Assembly: GCA_048941265.1 (NCBI GenBank)
Contig: JBHLNT010000025.1
Coordinates: forward strand, 1 to 37,305
Direction of reading: 5' to 3'
Origin: Promethearchaeota archaeon
GTDB lineage: Archaea; Asgardarchaeota; Lokiarchaeia; Sigyniarchaeales; SOKP01
DNA length: 37,305 nt
Both the position numbers and the translations under genes were made by a program. The notes under the pieces are model-generated. The model was not told the origin of the DNA, did not search any database, and saw only the letters and a program-made list of their open reading frames with translations. Below are positions 19,153 through 29,889 of this stretch, piece after piece. Positions within the stretch are counted from its first letter, which is position 1. Every line of letters starts with the position of its first letter.

Positions 19153-20262
19153 TTGAATATAAATATCGGAATGATTGGAACTGGTTTGATTGGATTGGTT
19201 CATTTACTTTCTCTTAAAATTATAATTGATGAAAATTTAATATCTGAACCAGATGTGCATATTAATATAAAGACCGTTATGGATATCGATGAAGATAAGT
19301 TAAATAATTTGAAAAGAATTAATCCTTATGATATAGAGCGATTTACTACCAACCCAGAAGAACTTATGAAAGATAAGGAAATTGATGTAATATATATAAC
19401 TACTCCTACAAAATTTCATAAAGATTATTTTATTCGAGCTGCTGAAGAAGGTAAAAATATTTTTTGTGAAAAACCCTTAGCATTTTCACTAGAAAACATT
19501 AAAAAAATGATTTCTTATGAAAAGAAATACGGAAATTTAACTCAAGTGGGATTACCATTAAGACATTCACCTGTATTTTGGAAAATAAACCAGATCATGA
19601 TGGAGAAAAAAGAAGAACTTGGAAAGAGATTATCATTTTCATTCAGAGCTATTCAAGAATGGCCCGTAGAATCTCGAACCCATCGTTCAGATTGGAGAAA
19701 AAACCCTGATTTGGCTCATGCCGGATGTCTATATGAGCATAGCATTCATGATGTAGATTTAATTGATTATTTATTTGGGAATGAATTTTCAATATCAAAA
19801 TTATACGCAAAAATACGGTTTGTTTCTTCTATAACACAAAATAAAATTGAGGATGTTGCGAATGTAAATCTAGGGTATCGTGATGGGTTAATAGGTTGTT
19901 TGATAAGTATTTGGAATAAGGCGAAAATAGATGAAAGAACAATTGAAATTTATTTTGAAAATGGTAGTATTTTTTTAAATAGATACACTGGTTTTTCTTT
20001 TAATCAATTTGAATATATAATTAAAAATAAAAAAACTAGGCTGAAAAGAGAGGAAGTGTATGAGGAATTTCTAAAATCACGGAATTACCCGCAAATAGAT
20101 CCAATTACAGGGCCGTTTTTGTTTGAAAATCTGAGCTTTTTAAAATCTATGATTAAAGGGGAGAGCCCATATCCCGGTTTAGAAATTGGATATAGAGCAC
20201 ATGAGATAATTGAGCGTGCATACCAATCTTCTAGGGAAAATAAAATAATTAATTTTGATTAA
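19153..20262 (+). CDS. Gfo/Idh/MocA family oxidoreductase
   Basis: IGMIGTGLIG Rossmann motif, ITTPTKFH, CEKP, HSIHDVD. Confidence 0.88.
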   Translation: MNINIGMIGTGLIGLVHLLSLKIIIDENLISEPDVHINIKTVMDIDEDKLNNLKRINPYDIERFTTNPEELMKDKEIDVIYITTPTKFHKDYFIRAAEEGKNIFCEKPLAFSLENIKKMISYEKKYGNLTQVGLPLRHSPVFWKINQIMMEKKEELGKRLSFSFRAIQEWPVESRTHRSDWRKNPDLAHAGCLYEHSIHDVDLIDYLFGNEFSISKLYAKIRFVSSITQNKIEDVANVNLGYRDGLIGCLISIWNKAKIDERTIEIYFENGSIFLNRYTGFSFNQFEYIIKNKKTRLKREEVYEEFLKSRNYPQIDPITGPFLFENLSFLKSMIKGESPYPGLEIGYRAHEIIERAYQSSRENKIINFD

Positions 20263-20415
20263 ATACCTTTTTGTAAACAATATAAAGGATGAAATAAATT
20301 TTTAAATTAATTTTAAATTCATATATAAGACATATTCCGATTATCCCAATAGGCTGATATTAGATTTTTCTTAAAAGATAACTAAAAAAAGAAATAATAA
20401 ATTAGGGTTTTAGAT

Positions 20416-21411
20416 ATGACTAATAATATTGGAGAACAGCTACAAGATTGGGAGCGAGAACTTCTCGCTGATCATCGCTGGGGGCGACTTAAAATATGGT
20501 TTCCCAACGATCAAATTATTTTGGAAAGCTATTCAGTATCTAATGTCCATAAAAACCTCAAAAACCTTTGGAATAAAGCTAAACCATTAAATGAGACATC
20601 CAAGGATATTTTGAACGATATATTAGCTCTTGAAATTTGTAATTGGAACCTTGAAAACAGCATATTAGATTTATGTAAGGCAATTGGTGAGGAAAAATCA
20701 CCAACACTTCAAATAGGTCATTTAAAATCGATTACAAATGAAAGGTGGAAGAAAGTTTGGGCATATTATTTGACGCTTCGGAATTGGCTTCCTTTTGAGG
20801 GAGTAAGTGGTTATGAAATACTTCAAAAATTATGTGATCCTGAAATTTTAGTTAAAAATAAGATTTTCGATTTACTTGGTGAAAGAAATGGATTAAAAGA
20901 GATGTATGTCGAACGACTCTGTCTCTTATTTGAATTTTGGCTTAGTGGTTATATTTCTTCGAAAAGACATCCATATATTATTGCTCACAATGCTGCGGTT
21001 AAAGCAATTGAAAAGAAAATTCTCAAACAAGCACCCAAGAGTAAAATTTTACAGGCAATGAAGTTTGAGGGTGATGGTAGACTCCAACCGTGTAACCATA
21101 AGGCTTTTCGTCGATATGATATAATAATTTCCAGTATAGGGGTAAATAAATGGAGATCGGTTATAGCAGAGAGAGGGATTGATGGATTGGAAAGATCCGA
21201 GTATCTAAATAAGTATCTTTCGGCAATTGAATTATGGATCAAAGGTTACGAGATAAGTGATCAGGAACATGAAGACAAATTACTTTTTAAGATACATGCC
21301 CTATTAGGAAAGCCTGATGATACCAAGAAATTCCTCGCTTCACTTCTCATTTTACTTCTTCGACCTCAACAAATAGCTGCGAAGCAATTAGCTGAAAGAA
21401 GACTAAAGTAA
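20416..21411 (+). CDS. Hypothetical protein (helical, Trp-rich)
   Basis: 331-codon ORF with ATG start; no motif recognised. Confidence 0.7.
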   Translation: MTNNIGEQLQDWERELLADHRWGRLKIWFPNDQIILESYSVSNVHKNLKNLWNKAKPLNETSKDILNDILALEICNWNLENSILDLCKAIGEEKSPTLQIGHLKSITNERWKKVWAYYLTLRNWLPFEGVSGYEILQKLCDPEILVKNKIFDLLGERNGLKEMYVERLCLLFEFWLSGYISSKRHPYIIAHNAAVKAIEKKILKQAPKSKILQAMKFEGDGRLQPCNHKAFRRYDIIISSIGVNKWRSVIAERGIDGLERSEYLNKYLSAIELWIKGYEISDQEHEDKLLFKIHALLGKPDDTKKFLASLLILLLRPQQIAAKQLAERRLK

Positions 21412-21439
21412 TAATTGTTTTAAATATTATTATGATGAC

Positions 21440-21889
21440 TTAATTATCTTTTTCAAATAAATTAATTCTGAGATTAAATTGTTTAGGGCTATTTGAACAA
21501 TTAAGTTCGCAGCAAGCAGGTAAATAAGAATATACTTCGAATTTATCCGCGGGTATTATTAAATACATCAATGAATGTATAAGAGAACAAGAGCTACTAA
21601 TTTCTTCTAAAGGACCATCACACAGGGCTTTTTTATGTTCTTCTTTATTCACATATAAGCATAACCCTTCTCGAGGATAAAAACCAAACAAATATTGAAA
21701 GCGAGGTATGACTGGATATTTTTCACTTTCTACCTTCCTTAGATATTCTATTTTTATTTTATTAAATGAGAGGGTAAATTCTAATGCCTTATAAGAATTA
21801 TTTTTTTTATCTACTTGAGAAATGTTATGGATAATAAAATCTCTTGAAACAGCCTTATCAATTAATCCCTCTAAATCTTTTGAAATCAT
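21440..21889 (-). CDS. Hypothetical protein
   Basis: 149-codon ORF in AT-rich DNA, co-oriented just downstream of 21908-22174; several Cys; no family recognised. Confidence 0.6.
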   Translation of the reverse strand: MISKDLEGLIDKAVSRDFIIHNISQVDKKNNSYKALEFTLSFNKIKIEYLRKVESEKYPVIPRFQYLFGFYPREGLCLYVNKEEHKKALCDGPLEEISSSCSLIHSLMYLIIPADKFEVYSYLPACCELNCSNSPKQFNLRINLFEKDN

Positions 21890-21907
21890 AATGCAGGAAT
21901 AAAAAAA

Positions 21908-22174
21908 TTATTTCTTCTTTTTTTTCTTTTCTTTTTTGGGATCAACAAATTCAGAATAAATTTCAGTGATATTGAGTTTTGTTCTTTGACATTTTTCACA
22001 TGGCTCGTCTGTTACTTTTTTAAAAGCATAATCCCCCGGCTTAAAAGGGCGCTCATACTTCGCTTGGCAACTTTCACACTTTAATACGGTAAATTTCCGC
22101 TCATATACCCTATCTTTTCTATACATTTCTTCTGAAATGCATGGGATGGGCGGGAATTGTGGTTCTTCTCCCAT
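21908..22174 (-). CDS. Small zinc-ribbon protein with poly-Lys tail
   Basis: CESC...RPFKPGDY...CEKC and terminal KKEKKKKKK. Confidence 0.75.
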   Translation of the reverse strand: MGEEPQFPPIPCISEEMYRKDRVYERKFTVLKCESCQAKYERPFKPGDYAFKKVTDEPCEKCQRTKLNITEIYSEFVDPKKEKKKKKK

Positions 22175-22332
22175 TTTATGTATCTCTCATTACAAAAGTA
22201 TTTTATAATTTAATTTAGGTTAGTAAATAAATTCAAACTAATAACTTTTTAGATTTAAATCTAAAAGCGTGAGAAGAATCCAAAAAAATCAAATAATGGG
22301 ATTCTTTAGTAAAATTAATTGATCGATTTCTT

Positions 22333-23118
22333 TCAATTATAAAGCTGTCCGTAATAAAGCTCTGTTTCATATTCAAACTTTACAAATCTATTTTGATTAT
22401 AATCATTGAATATTTTCTCTAATTCAATAATCATGTTATTATAATTAGGATGATCGTCTAATGGTGTATATGATGTCGAAAGTAATCGTCCCTTCAGGCC
22501 GGGATAATCTAATAATTGAAAATTTTCAAATATTTCTTTTTTATACCCTTTACAATTTTTCCCCTTACCATAAAAATTCTCAAAATCAATTTGGATATTG
22601 CTAATTTTTTTATAATCGGTTCCGTATTTTAATAAAAGGTCTTCATATGCTTCTAAAAACCTAGAACCAGACCGCTTCCTTCTATTCCAAATTATTACAA
22701 TATATCCCTGAGGTTTAAGTATTCTCCTAAATTCTTTACGAGCTTTTATTTGGTCAAACCAATGAAACGCTTGACCTACGGTAATAAGATCTATACAACT
22801 ATCCTCTATATTAGAATATTCAGCAGAGCCATCAATACTATGAAAATTTTGATATTTTTTTAAAGATACTTTGGCCACATTCCTCATATCAATATTAGGT
22901 TCAATTCCATATACAATATTCCCGTTTTTTAGAAATAGCTCACTTAAAATACCTGTCCCGCTGCCAAAATCAGCAATTATTGAATCTTTAAAAAGAATTT
23001 TTCTAGCTTCTAAAAAAGAGATAACAGCTTGAGGGTAACTCGGTCGAAATTTACTATAATTATCTACTCTTGGAGAAAACCGTCTTTTAGGATCGATTTC
23101 GAATTCTTCTTTATTCAT
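22333..23118 (-). CDS. Class I SAM-dependent methyltransferase
   Basis: YSKFRPSYP, ADFGSGTG, IEPN, GQAFHWFD, RILKPQG. Confidence 0.9.
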   Translation of the reverse strand: MNKEEFEIDPKRRFSPRVDNYSKFRPSYPQAVISFLEARKILFKDSIIADFGSGTGILSELFLKNGNIVYGIEPNIDMRNVAKVSLKKYQNFHSIDGSAEYSNIEDSCIDLITVGQAFHWFDQIKARKEFRRILKPQGYIVIIWNRRKRSGSRFLEAYEDLLLKYGTDYKKISNIQIDFENFYGKGKNCKGYKKEIFENFQLLDYPGLKGRLLSTSYTPLDDHPNYNNMIIELEKIFNDYNQNRFVKFEYETELYYGQLYN

Positions 23119-23234
23119 AAATTCACACAGAATAATTAAAGCTATAAAAGAATAAGGTTATTAAATATTTAAAATATAAGCTCTTAGTAATATCATAATG
23201 TTAAAGAATTTATATTAAATTAAGGTGAGTAAAA

Positions 23235-24068
23235 ATAGAAAAACAACCCAAAATTCTTTTAACGGGCTTACGTTTTCCAGAAGGCCCCAGATGGCATGAC
23301 AATAAACTCTGGTTTTCTGATATGGTAGGTGGTAAAGTAATGACTGTAGATCTTGAAGGAAATGCTGAACTTATTGTTAAATTTCGGGGTTCTCCTTCCG
23401 GTTTAGGGTGGGATTCACAAGGAAGGTTATTAATTGTGTCCATGCTGGATAGACGCTTGCTTCGACTTGATCCTGATGGATTGCAAGAAGTTGCAAATTT
23501 AAGAAATTTAGCATCAAACAATTGTAATGATATGGTTGTAGATAAACATGGTAATGCGTATATAGGAAACTTTGGATTTGATTTTATAGCAAATGCTCCA
23601 TTTAAACCAGCCGAAATCATACTCGTAACACCCGATGGTCAAGCGCGTATCGTCGCCGATAATATGGCTTTCCCGAATGGGACCATTATTACACCAGATG
23701 GCAGTACCCTTATAGTAGGAGAAACTTATGGGTCATGTCTCACTGCGTTTAACATTGAAAGGGATGGTTCTCTCACTAACCGCCGTATATGGGCTCGATT
23801 GAAAGGAAGTGCCGTTCCCGATGGGATTTGTTTGGATTCTGAGGGAGCGATATGGATAGCTTCTCCTACTACTTCTGAAGTTCTTCGAGTATTAGAGGGG
23901 GGTGAAATTTCAGATCAGATTAAAATCCAAGATGAGAATTCTGCTTACGCCTGTATGTTAGGCGGTCCGAGTCGGAAAACATTATTTATTTGTACTTCAA
24001 ATGATTCCAGAACAAATGGTCGTATAGAAGTTATTGATGTAGAGTTCCCAGGAGCAGGTTTACCTTGA
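23235..24068 (+). CDS. SMP-30/gluconolactonase family beta-propeller protein
   Basis: FPEGPRW (in frame, upstream of the ORF-track ATG 23322), NDMVVD, FPNG, PDGICLD. The start is non-standard (see findings). Confidence 0.88.
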   Translation: MEKQPKILLTGLRFPEGPRWHDNKLWFSDMVGGKVMTVDLEGNAELIVKFRGSPSGLGWDSQGRLLIVSMLDRRLLRLDPDGLQEVANLRNLASNNCNDMVVDKHGNAYIGNFGFDFIANAPFKPAEIILVTPDGQARIVADNMAFPNGTIITPDGSTLIVGETYGSCLTAFNIERDGSLTNRRIWARLKGSAVPDGICLDSEGAIWIASPTTSEVLRVLEGGEISDQIKIQDENSAYACMLGGPSRKTLFICTSNDSRTNGRIEVIDVEFPGAGLP

Positions 24069-24136
24069 AACTTCCTTTAATTTTTATTAAATTTATCAAA
24101 AAAATTTTTTTTTGAATTTAATAAAAAATGAGGATA

Positions 24137-24982
24137 TTACGAGATATACTCATTTTTATCTGAATCTTTTTTTTCTTCTTTTTCAGGAGGCGCTTCTACT
24201 TTTTTCTCTTCTTTATTTTCATTTTCTTCTATTGATGTTTTTTCAGGCTCAACTTCAATTTTTTCTTCTGCTTCGGGTTCTAGTTCAGGCTCTGGTGGTT
24301 TTGGTTTTTTAGAAATAACAACTTTAGCGAATCGTAATACTTCTTTATCATATTTCCAACCCTCTTGTATAATATCTAAAATACGATTTTCTTCTACATC
24401 GTCTTTTTCTACTGAAGTTAACGCTTCATGCTGACTATAGTCAAAAGGGTCATTAATCTTAGTTTGCATAGGTTCTGCTCCCGTAAATTTTAAAATACCC
24501 ATGAATTGATTATAAAATTGCTTAATTTTATCATCTTCACCGGTATTTTCAATCGCTTTTTTAAATGAATCATACAGAGGTAAGAAGTTCTTCAATGTAG
24601 AAGCAGTATATTGAGATCTTAGGTATTGCCGATTTTTTTCCCAGCGTTTTTGTGTATTTTCAAATTCAGCCTGTAATCTCATGAATTTATCTTTCCATTC
24701 TTTTAGTTGTTTAATTTGGCCGTCTTTCTCTTTAACACACTCTTCTAATTCTTTCACTTTATTAGCCATTCCTTCCTTCGAGAAATATTCTAAAGTTAAC
24801 CCCGCTCCTTCTTTTTCTTCAAGGAGTTTTACTTCTTCTTGTGAAGTTTCTTCCTTTGCTGTAGTTTTCGCCTGATTTTGATATGTTCCTTCTGAACCAT
24901 TCGAATCTATTTGAGGAACTTCTTCAGTTTTTTCTGTTTTCTCTTGATTCTTTTCCTTTTTTTTTGTCATACGCAATACCAT
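24137..24982 (-). CDS. grpE: Nucleotide exchange factor GrpE
   Basis: RLQAEFEN, FLPLYDSF, FDYSQHEA and GW...VLRFAKVVI motifs; adjacent to dnaK. Confidence 0.93.
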   Translation of the reverse strand: MVLRMTKKKEKNQEKTEKTEEVPQIDSNGSEGTYQNQAKTTAKEETSQEEVKLLEEKEGAGLTLEYFSKEGMANKVKELEECVKEKDGQIKQLKEWKDKFMRLQAEFENTQKRWEKNRQYLRSQYTASTLKNFLPLYDSFKKAIENTGEDDKIKQFYNQFMGILKFTGAEPMQTKINDPFDYSQHEALTSVEKDDVEENRILDIIQEGWKYDKEVLRFAKVVISKKPKPPEPELEPEAEEKIEVEPEKTSIEENENKEEKKVEAPPEKEEKKDSDKNEYIS

Positions 24983-25217
24983 TTATATTTCATAAAAATG
25001 TAAGATAAATACTTAATTTCAAAATAATAAGATATTCTTTAATGAATAAAAAAAAAATAAAAAAATTAAATTTTTTCAATTTTAGACTGACTTAGAGATC
25101 ATTATAAAAAAATTTTTAATTTTTAATTAATATTAAATCTTAAAGGAAACAGATCAATGATAAAATAATCAAAATATAATGAATCAATAATTCTTAGAAA
25201 AAAGTGAATTTATAAGT

Positions 25218-27221
25218 ATGAGTGAAAAGAGCAAACCAAAGAAGAAGGAAAAGATAATTGGAATTGATTTAGGTACTTCAAACAGCGCATGCGCGGTAAT
25301 GGGAGCAACGGGTAAACCCGAAATTGTTCCAGCGGCTGAGGGTAGGACTCTTGGTGGAAAAGCATTTCCATCATACGTTGCTTTTGATGAGAATGCTCGG
25401 AAAATAGTCGGTGAGCCTGCTCGACGTCAAGCAGTTTCTAATCCAGATGGTACTGTTTATGCTATTAAAAGAAAAATGGGAACATCTTATAAAGCAAAGG
25501 TAAAAGTTGGTTCTGAATGGAAAGAATTCAGCCCAGAAGAAGTTTCTGCAATGATATTAAAAAAAATAGCAAATGATGCCTCTTCATATCTTGGAGAAGA
25601 AGTTAAAAAGGCAGTAATTACCGTTCCAGCATACTTCAATGATCAACAGCGTACAGCTACTAAGAATGCCGGAGAAATTGCAGGACTGGAAGTTGTAAGA
25701 ATGATTAATGAGCCGACTGCTGCATGTCTTGCTTATGGTTTGGATAAAGACACTAAAGAAAAATTGCTTAAGATCTGTGTATTGGATCTAGGGGGTGGTA
25801 CTTTTGATGTGACTTTAATGGAATATGGTGAAGGAGTAGTAGAAGTTATGTCAACTGCGGGTGATACTCAATTAGGAGGTACCGACATGGATAATGCAAT
25901 AATTGATTGGCTTGTTGAAGAATTTAAAAAAAAAGAGGGAATTGATCTTAGACCTGATAATAAAGCAATGATTCGTTTAAAGGATGGTGCTGAAAAAGCC
26001 AAAATAGAATTATCGACTACATTAAGCACTCAAATAAATCTTCCTTATATTAGTCAGAAAGGAGGAAATCCAGTTCATTTGGAAATGGAACTGACAAGAG
26101 CAAAATTAGAGCAATTAATTGAGCCAACATTAAGGAGATTAGATCCGATAATGCAAAGGTCAGTATCTGATGCAAAAATTTCTATTGCTAATGTAGATAA
26201 GGTTATTCTTGTCGGTGGTCCGACCAGGATGCCTTCCGTTCAGGAACGATTTAGAAAATTTTTTGGAAAAGAACCCGAGCATTCAGTAGATCCAATGGAA
26301 TGCGTTGCTCTAGGTGCAGCTATACAAGGTGGGGTAATTGCGGGAGAAGTCGAGGATTTACTATTGCTGGACGTTACACCACTCACTCTAGGTGTTGAAA
26401 CCTTAGGTGGCGTAATGACTCCTTTAATAGAACGTAATTCGACCATTCCTACGGAAAAAGCACAAATTTTTAGTACAGCTGCTGATAATCAACCCGCTGT
26501 AACTATTAATGTATTACAAGGTGAAAGAACAATGGCTGCCGATAATATTTCGCTTGGAATGTTTCATTTGACAGGAATTCCCCCGGCACCGAGAAATATT
26601 CCACAAATTGAGGTTAAATTCTCAATCGACGCGGACGGTATTGTGCATGTGACAGCAAAAGATTTAGGAACAGGAAAGGAAACGGGTATTACAGTTACAG
26701 GAGCAAAGGGTCTAACTGAAGAGGAAATTGCAGAGAAAGTCAGAAATGCCCAGCAATTCGAGGAAGAGGATAAGAAATTAAGAGAAAAAGTTGAAGCTAA
26801 AAATAACGCAGAATCTATGATATATCAAACTCGAAAGCTAATGGAAGAAAATAAAGACAAAATTCAAGAAAATGAAAAACAAGAAATAGAAAAAGCCATT
26901 ACCTCGCTTGAAGAAGATATTAAAAGTGATGATGTTAATAGAATCAAATTAGGGATTGAAAACCTTCAAAAATCTATGTATTCATTCTCACAAAGAATTT
27001 ATCAAACTCAAGCCCAACAACAAGCTTATCAACAAGCGGCTGAACAAGCTCAACGTGCTGCAGGTGGTATGGGTGGAGTCCCTCCGGGAGGTATGGGAGG
27101 CGTTCCACCAGGAGGTATGGGAGATATGGGTGGTGGCGGAGCATCTTATAAAGCAGAAGAGAAGAAAAAAGATGATAAAAAGAAAGTAGTTGATGTTGAC
27201 TGGGATGAAGATGAGGAATAA
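25218..27221 (+). CDS. dnaK: Molecular chaperone DnaK (Hsp70)
   Basis: [45 protein letters not shown]. Confidence 0.98.
   Translation: MSEKSKPKKKEKIIGIDLGTSNSACAVMGATGKPEIVPAAEGRTLGGKAFPSYVAFDENARKIVGEPARRQAVSNPDGTVYAIKRKMGTSYKAKVKVGSEWKEFSPEEVSAMILKKIANDASSYLGEEVKKAVITVPAYFNDQQRTATKNAGEIAGLEVVRMINEPTAACLAYGLDKDTKEKLLKICVLDLGGGTFDVTLMEYGEGVVEVMSTAGDTQLGGTDMDNAIIDWLVEEFKKKEGIDLRPDNKAMIRLKDGAEKAKIELSTTLSTQINLPYISQKGGNPVHLEMELTRAKLEQLIEPTLRRLDPIMQRSVSDAKISIANVDKVILVGGPTRMPSVQERFRKFFGKEPEHSVDPMECVALGAAIQGGVIAGEVEDLLLLDVTPLTLGVETLGGVMTPLIERNSTIPTEKAQIFSTAADNQPAVTINVLQGERTMAADNISLGMFHLTGIPPAPRNIPQIEVKFSIDADGIVHVTAKDLGTGKETGITVTGAKGLTEEEIAEKVRNAQQFEEEDKKLREKVEAKNNAESMIYQTRKLMEENKDKIQENEKQEIEKAITSLEEDIKSDDVNRIKLGIENLQKSMYSFSQRIYQTQAQQQAYQQAAEQAQRAAGGMGGVPPGGMGGVPPGGMGDMGGGGASYKAEEKKKDDKKKVVDVDWDEDEE
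27063..27140 (+). repeat. Coding tandem repeat (GGMGGVPP)x2 + GGMG in the DnaK tail
   Basis: 24-nt units 27063-27086 and 27087-27110 encode identical peptides using different synonymous codons. Confidence 0.85.
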
Positions 27222-27363
27222 ATTCCAATAATTTTATTTTATTTTTTATATTTTTTTGAATAGTAAATGTTAGGATTGTAGCCTTATACCTAAAAAATTA
27301 AATTCAATTATAGATTTTAATAGATAGACTTATAGACCATTTTAAATGTAGCAGGGATATAAT

Positions 27364-28512
27364 ATGAGCTCTGGAAAAAATAAGCGAGATTATTACGAAG
27401 TATTAGGAGTAGCTAAGGATGCCTCTGAAAATGATATAAAATTAGCTTATCGTCGTTTGGCGCGAAAATTTCATCCAGATATGAATAAAACTGATCCAAA
27501 CGCAAAAAGTAAATTTATTGAAGTTCAGGAGGCTTATGAAGTCCTTAGTGATCCCGAAAAAAGAAGGAATTACGATAGATTTGGTTTTAGCGGAGTTCAT
27601 GTAGATATGAGCGATTTTTTCAGAGGAGGAATTCCCGGCATTGATGAATTGTTCCGATCGATCTTTGGAGGAGGCGGATTTGGTGGTGGCTTCGGGGATA
27701 TTTTTGACAGTTTTGGTGGCTTTGGAAGTAGGAGCAGGACGCAAGCACCACGCAGACAAGTCGGACAAGATATTGAAGATCATATCGAGATAGACTTCGA
27801 AGGAGCGATGTTTGGAGTTAAGAGAGATATTCAAATTGAAAGATATGTCCCCTGTGATGATTGTGGGGGAACAGGAGCTGAAGATCCTTCGGCTGTTGAG
27901 AATTGTCCAAAATGCCAAGGTACTGGGAGAATGAGGACCATGTCGAGATCCGGATTTGGGACCATTATACGGGAATCTGAATGTTATAGTTGCAATGGTA
28001 CTGGACAAATTATAAAAAAGAAATGTAAAGTATGCGGCGGAAAAAAGATGGTCCCGGAAACTAAAAAAATCCATGTTAAAATCCCTCCAGGAGTCGAGGA
28101 TGGTGTACACTTAAAGGTACAAGGCGCAGGCCATATCCCAACAAAACAAGCAATTCCAGGAGATTTATATCTTGGAATTCGAGTTATTCCTAACGAACAT
28201 TTTATAAGACGAGGCAATGATTTGTATACCAGAGTAGATCTTGATATAGTTTCTGCTATTTTAGGTAATAAAATTGTAGTTCCAACTCTTGATTACAAAA
28301 ATAATAAGATATCTGAGAAGGAACTTACCATTCCACCAGGTACCCAGCATGGAACTGAGTTCAGAATCAAAAATCGCGGAGCTACTTATCTTAGAGGTAA
28401 AGGAAAGGGAGACCAATATGTGGTCGTTGCAGTAAAAATACCTAATCCTTCAGATCTCTCTTCTGAACAAAAAGAGTTGCTATTAAAATACAAAGAATTA
28501 AGTAAACGCTAA
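27364..28512 (+). CDS. dnaJ: Molecular chaperone DnaJ (type I)
   Basis: J-domain with HPD, G/F-rich region, four CxxCxGxG-type repeats, C-terminal domains. Confidence 0.97.
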   Translation: MSSGKNKRDYYEVLGVAKDASENDIKLAYRRLARKFHPDMNKTDPNAKSKFIEVQEAYEVLSDPEKRRNYDRFGFSGVHVDMSDFFRGGIPGIDELFRSIFGGGGFGGGFGDIFDSFGGFGSRSRTQAPRRQVGQDIEDHIEIDFEGAMFGVKRDIQIERYVPCDDCGGTGAEDPSAVENCPKCQGTGRMRTMSRSGFGTIIRESECYSCNGTGQIIKKKCKVCGGKKMVPETKKIHVKIPPGVEDGVHLKVQGAGHIPTKQAIPGDLYLGIRVIPNEHFIRRGNDLYTRVDLDIVSAILGNKIVVPTLDYKNNKISEKELTIPPGTQHGTEFRIKNRGATYLRGKGKGDQYVVVAVKIPNPSDLSSEQKELLLKYKELSKR

Positions 28513-28985
28513 ATTTTTAATTTACATAATGTATTAGTTCTTAGGTATTGGTTTTATACTTTGTGTTACGCGTATGTTTTTGTTAAAGATCAAATATCAT
28601 ATATGGCAAATTCATTCAATAACGATTTTTTCAACATATTATTTTGATGATATATTCCTTCAAATCTTTTTAAAATCAAAATTTGGGATATAGAATGAAT
28701 ATGATGTTTAAAAATTCTTTAGATATTCTCATAAACTTATTGAAAGATTAATTAAATGATTTAGGTAGTACTATCGGATTAAAATTGTAGATTTTAAATG
28801 AATTATACGTATTTAGTTTATTGAGGAGTTAAGTTTTGGATCTAAAATAGAAAATTAACAAACTAAAAAAAATAAATATCAAGTATATGACATGACTTTT
28901 CAAAATTAAAGAAAAGATTTTAGGAAAAATTTAAATATTTAAAATTAGATAATACTATTTAGTAAATAAAATTGCTTGATATAAC

Positions 28986-29480
28986 TTGCCGAAATCAAAA
29001 AGAGAAAAGTCGGCCTTAGAACTAGAAAAAGACATTCTCGAATATCTAAAGGCAAAAAACGAGCCTGTTAAATTTTATCATCTCTATAAGGACTTGAATC
29101 TTACATCTGGTGGAGCCCAAACAGCAATTCGGCGAATGCAAAAAAAAGAAAAGGATAAAGTTTTTGTTAAGAAAAGAGTTAAAAGATTCGAGAATTTCAT
29201 CTGGTATAAAGATTTTGATATTGAATCTCCTGTAATAGATTTAAAAAATCAGAATGAAATCGTTTTCCCGATACATTTAAACCGTATAATTGGTTTAATA
29301 TTACAGGAAATTCCAAATTTAACATTAGAATATGATAATTTAACTAAATTGTTTAAAGAAGCTATAATATTCTTTTTTCATAATAAAATCTCAGAGGAAC
29401 TCAGAAGAGAAGCGGTTTTTCAAGCTATTGAAAAAGGTAAAATATCTCAAAATCTAGTAAAACAAATTTTAGGAGCGTAA
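28986..29480 (+). CDS. Hypothetical DNA-binding protein (N-terminal wHTH-like, possible C-terminal ribbon-helix-helix)
   Basis: ILEYLK...FYHLYKDLNLTSGGAQTAIRRM is HTH-like. VFPIHL...YDNLTKLFKEAI is RHH-like. TTG start. Confidence 0.55.
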   Translation: MPKSKREKSALELEKDILEYLKAKNEPVKFYHLYKDLNLTSGGAQTAIRRMQKKEKDKVFVKKRVKRFENFIWYKDFDIESPVIDLKNQNEIVFPIHLNRIIGLILQEIPNLTLEYDNLTKLFKEAIIFFFHNKISEELRREAVFQAIEKGKISQNLVKQILGA

Positions 29481-29490
29481 GTGGATCGTT

Positions 29491-29889
29491 ATGCCTAAAA
29501 AAGAAGAAATAAAGAAGGAAGATCTCAAATTTTTAAAGGAACTAATTGGAGAATCTAAAAAGGAAGAAGGAGGAATTTCAAATTTTAGGAAATTAAAAGA
29601 TCTAAACGAGAAGATCTCTGTAAGTTCTATAAGAGACGGTTTAATTCAAGTTAATAAAAAAAATGAAATATTAAGAGATATAAAGTCTACAAAATCAGAT
29701 ATAGAAAAAACTGATTCAATTTATTCACAGAATTATAAAAATCAGCGAAAGAAAAAAAAAATTAAGAAAAAACAATTATTTTTGGAAATAGCTGAGGCAT
29801 TACCTTTAATAAGACAAAACAATATATTGTTAAATGAACTAATTCAGGCTCTAATTAAAGAACCAATAAAAGTTAAAATCTTAAAATAA
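29491..29889 (+). CDS. Hypothetical Lys-rich protein
   Basis: 132-codon ORF 10 nt downstream of the previous gene, with a GTGGA RBS-like sequence upstream. Confidence 0.6.
   Translation: MPKKEEIKKEDLKFLKELIGESKKEEGGISNFRKLKDLNEKISVSSIRDGLIQVNKKNEILRDIKSTKSDIEKTDSIYSQNYKNQRKKKKIKKKQLFLEIAEALPLIRQNNILLNELIQALIKEPIKVKILK

Noticed and set aside
14731-24068. Selenocysteine or pyrrolysine read-through at TGA/TAG-ending genes
   Set aside because: The proteins look complete at their stops, and I saw no conserved downstream continuation or SECIS-like hairpin.
24983-25217. A/T palindromes (e.g. AAAAAATT..ATTTTTT) between grpE and dnaK as heat-shock operators
   Set aside because: Low-complexity matches are expected by chance at this AT content, and no CIRCE consensus is present.
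27442-28217. Long antisense ORFs (222 aa and 77 aa) within dnaJ, and similar shadow ORFs in hppA, dnaK and the Fe-S genes
   Set aside because: They lie wholly inside confidently identified genes and have no motifs; expected shadow frames.
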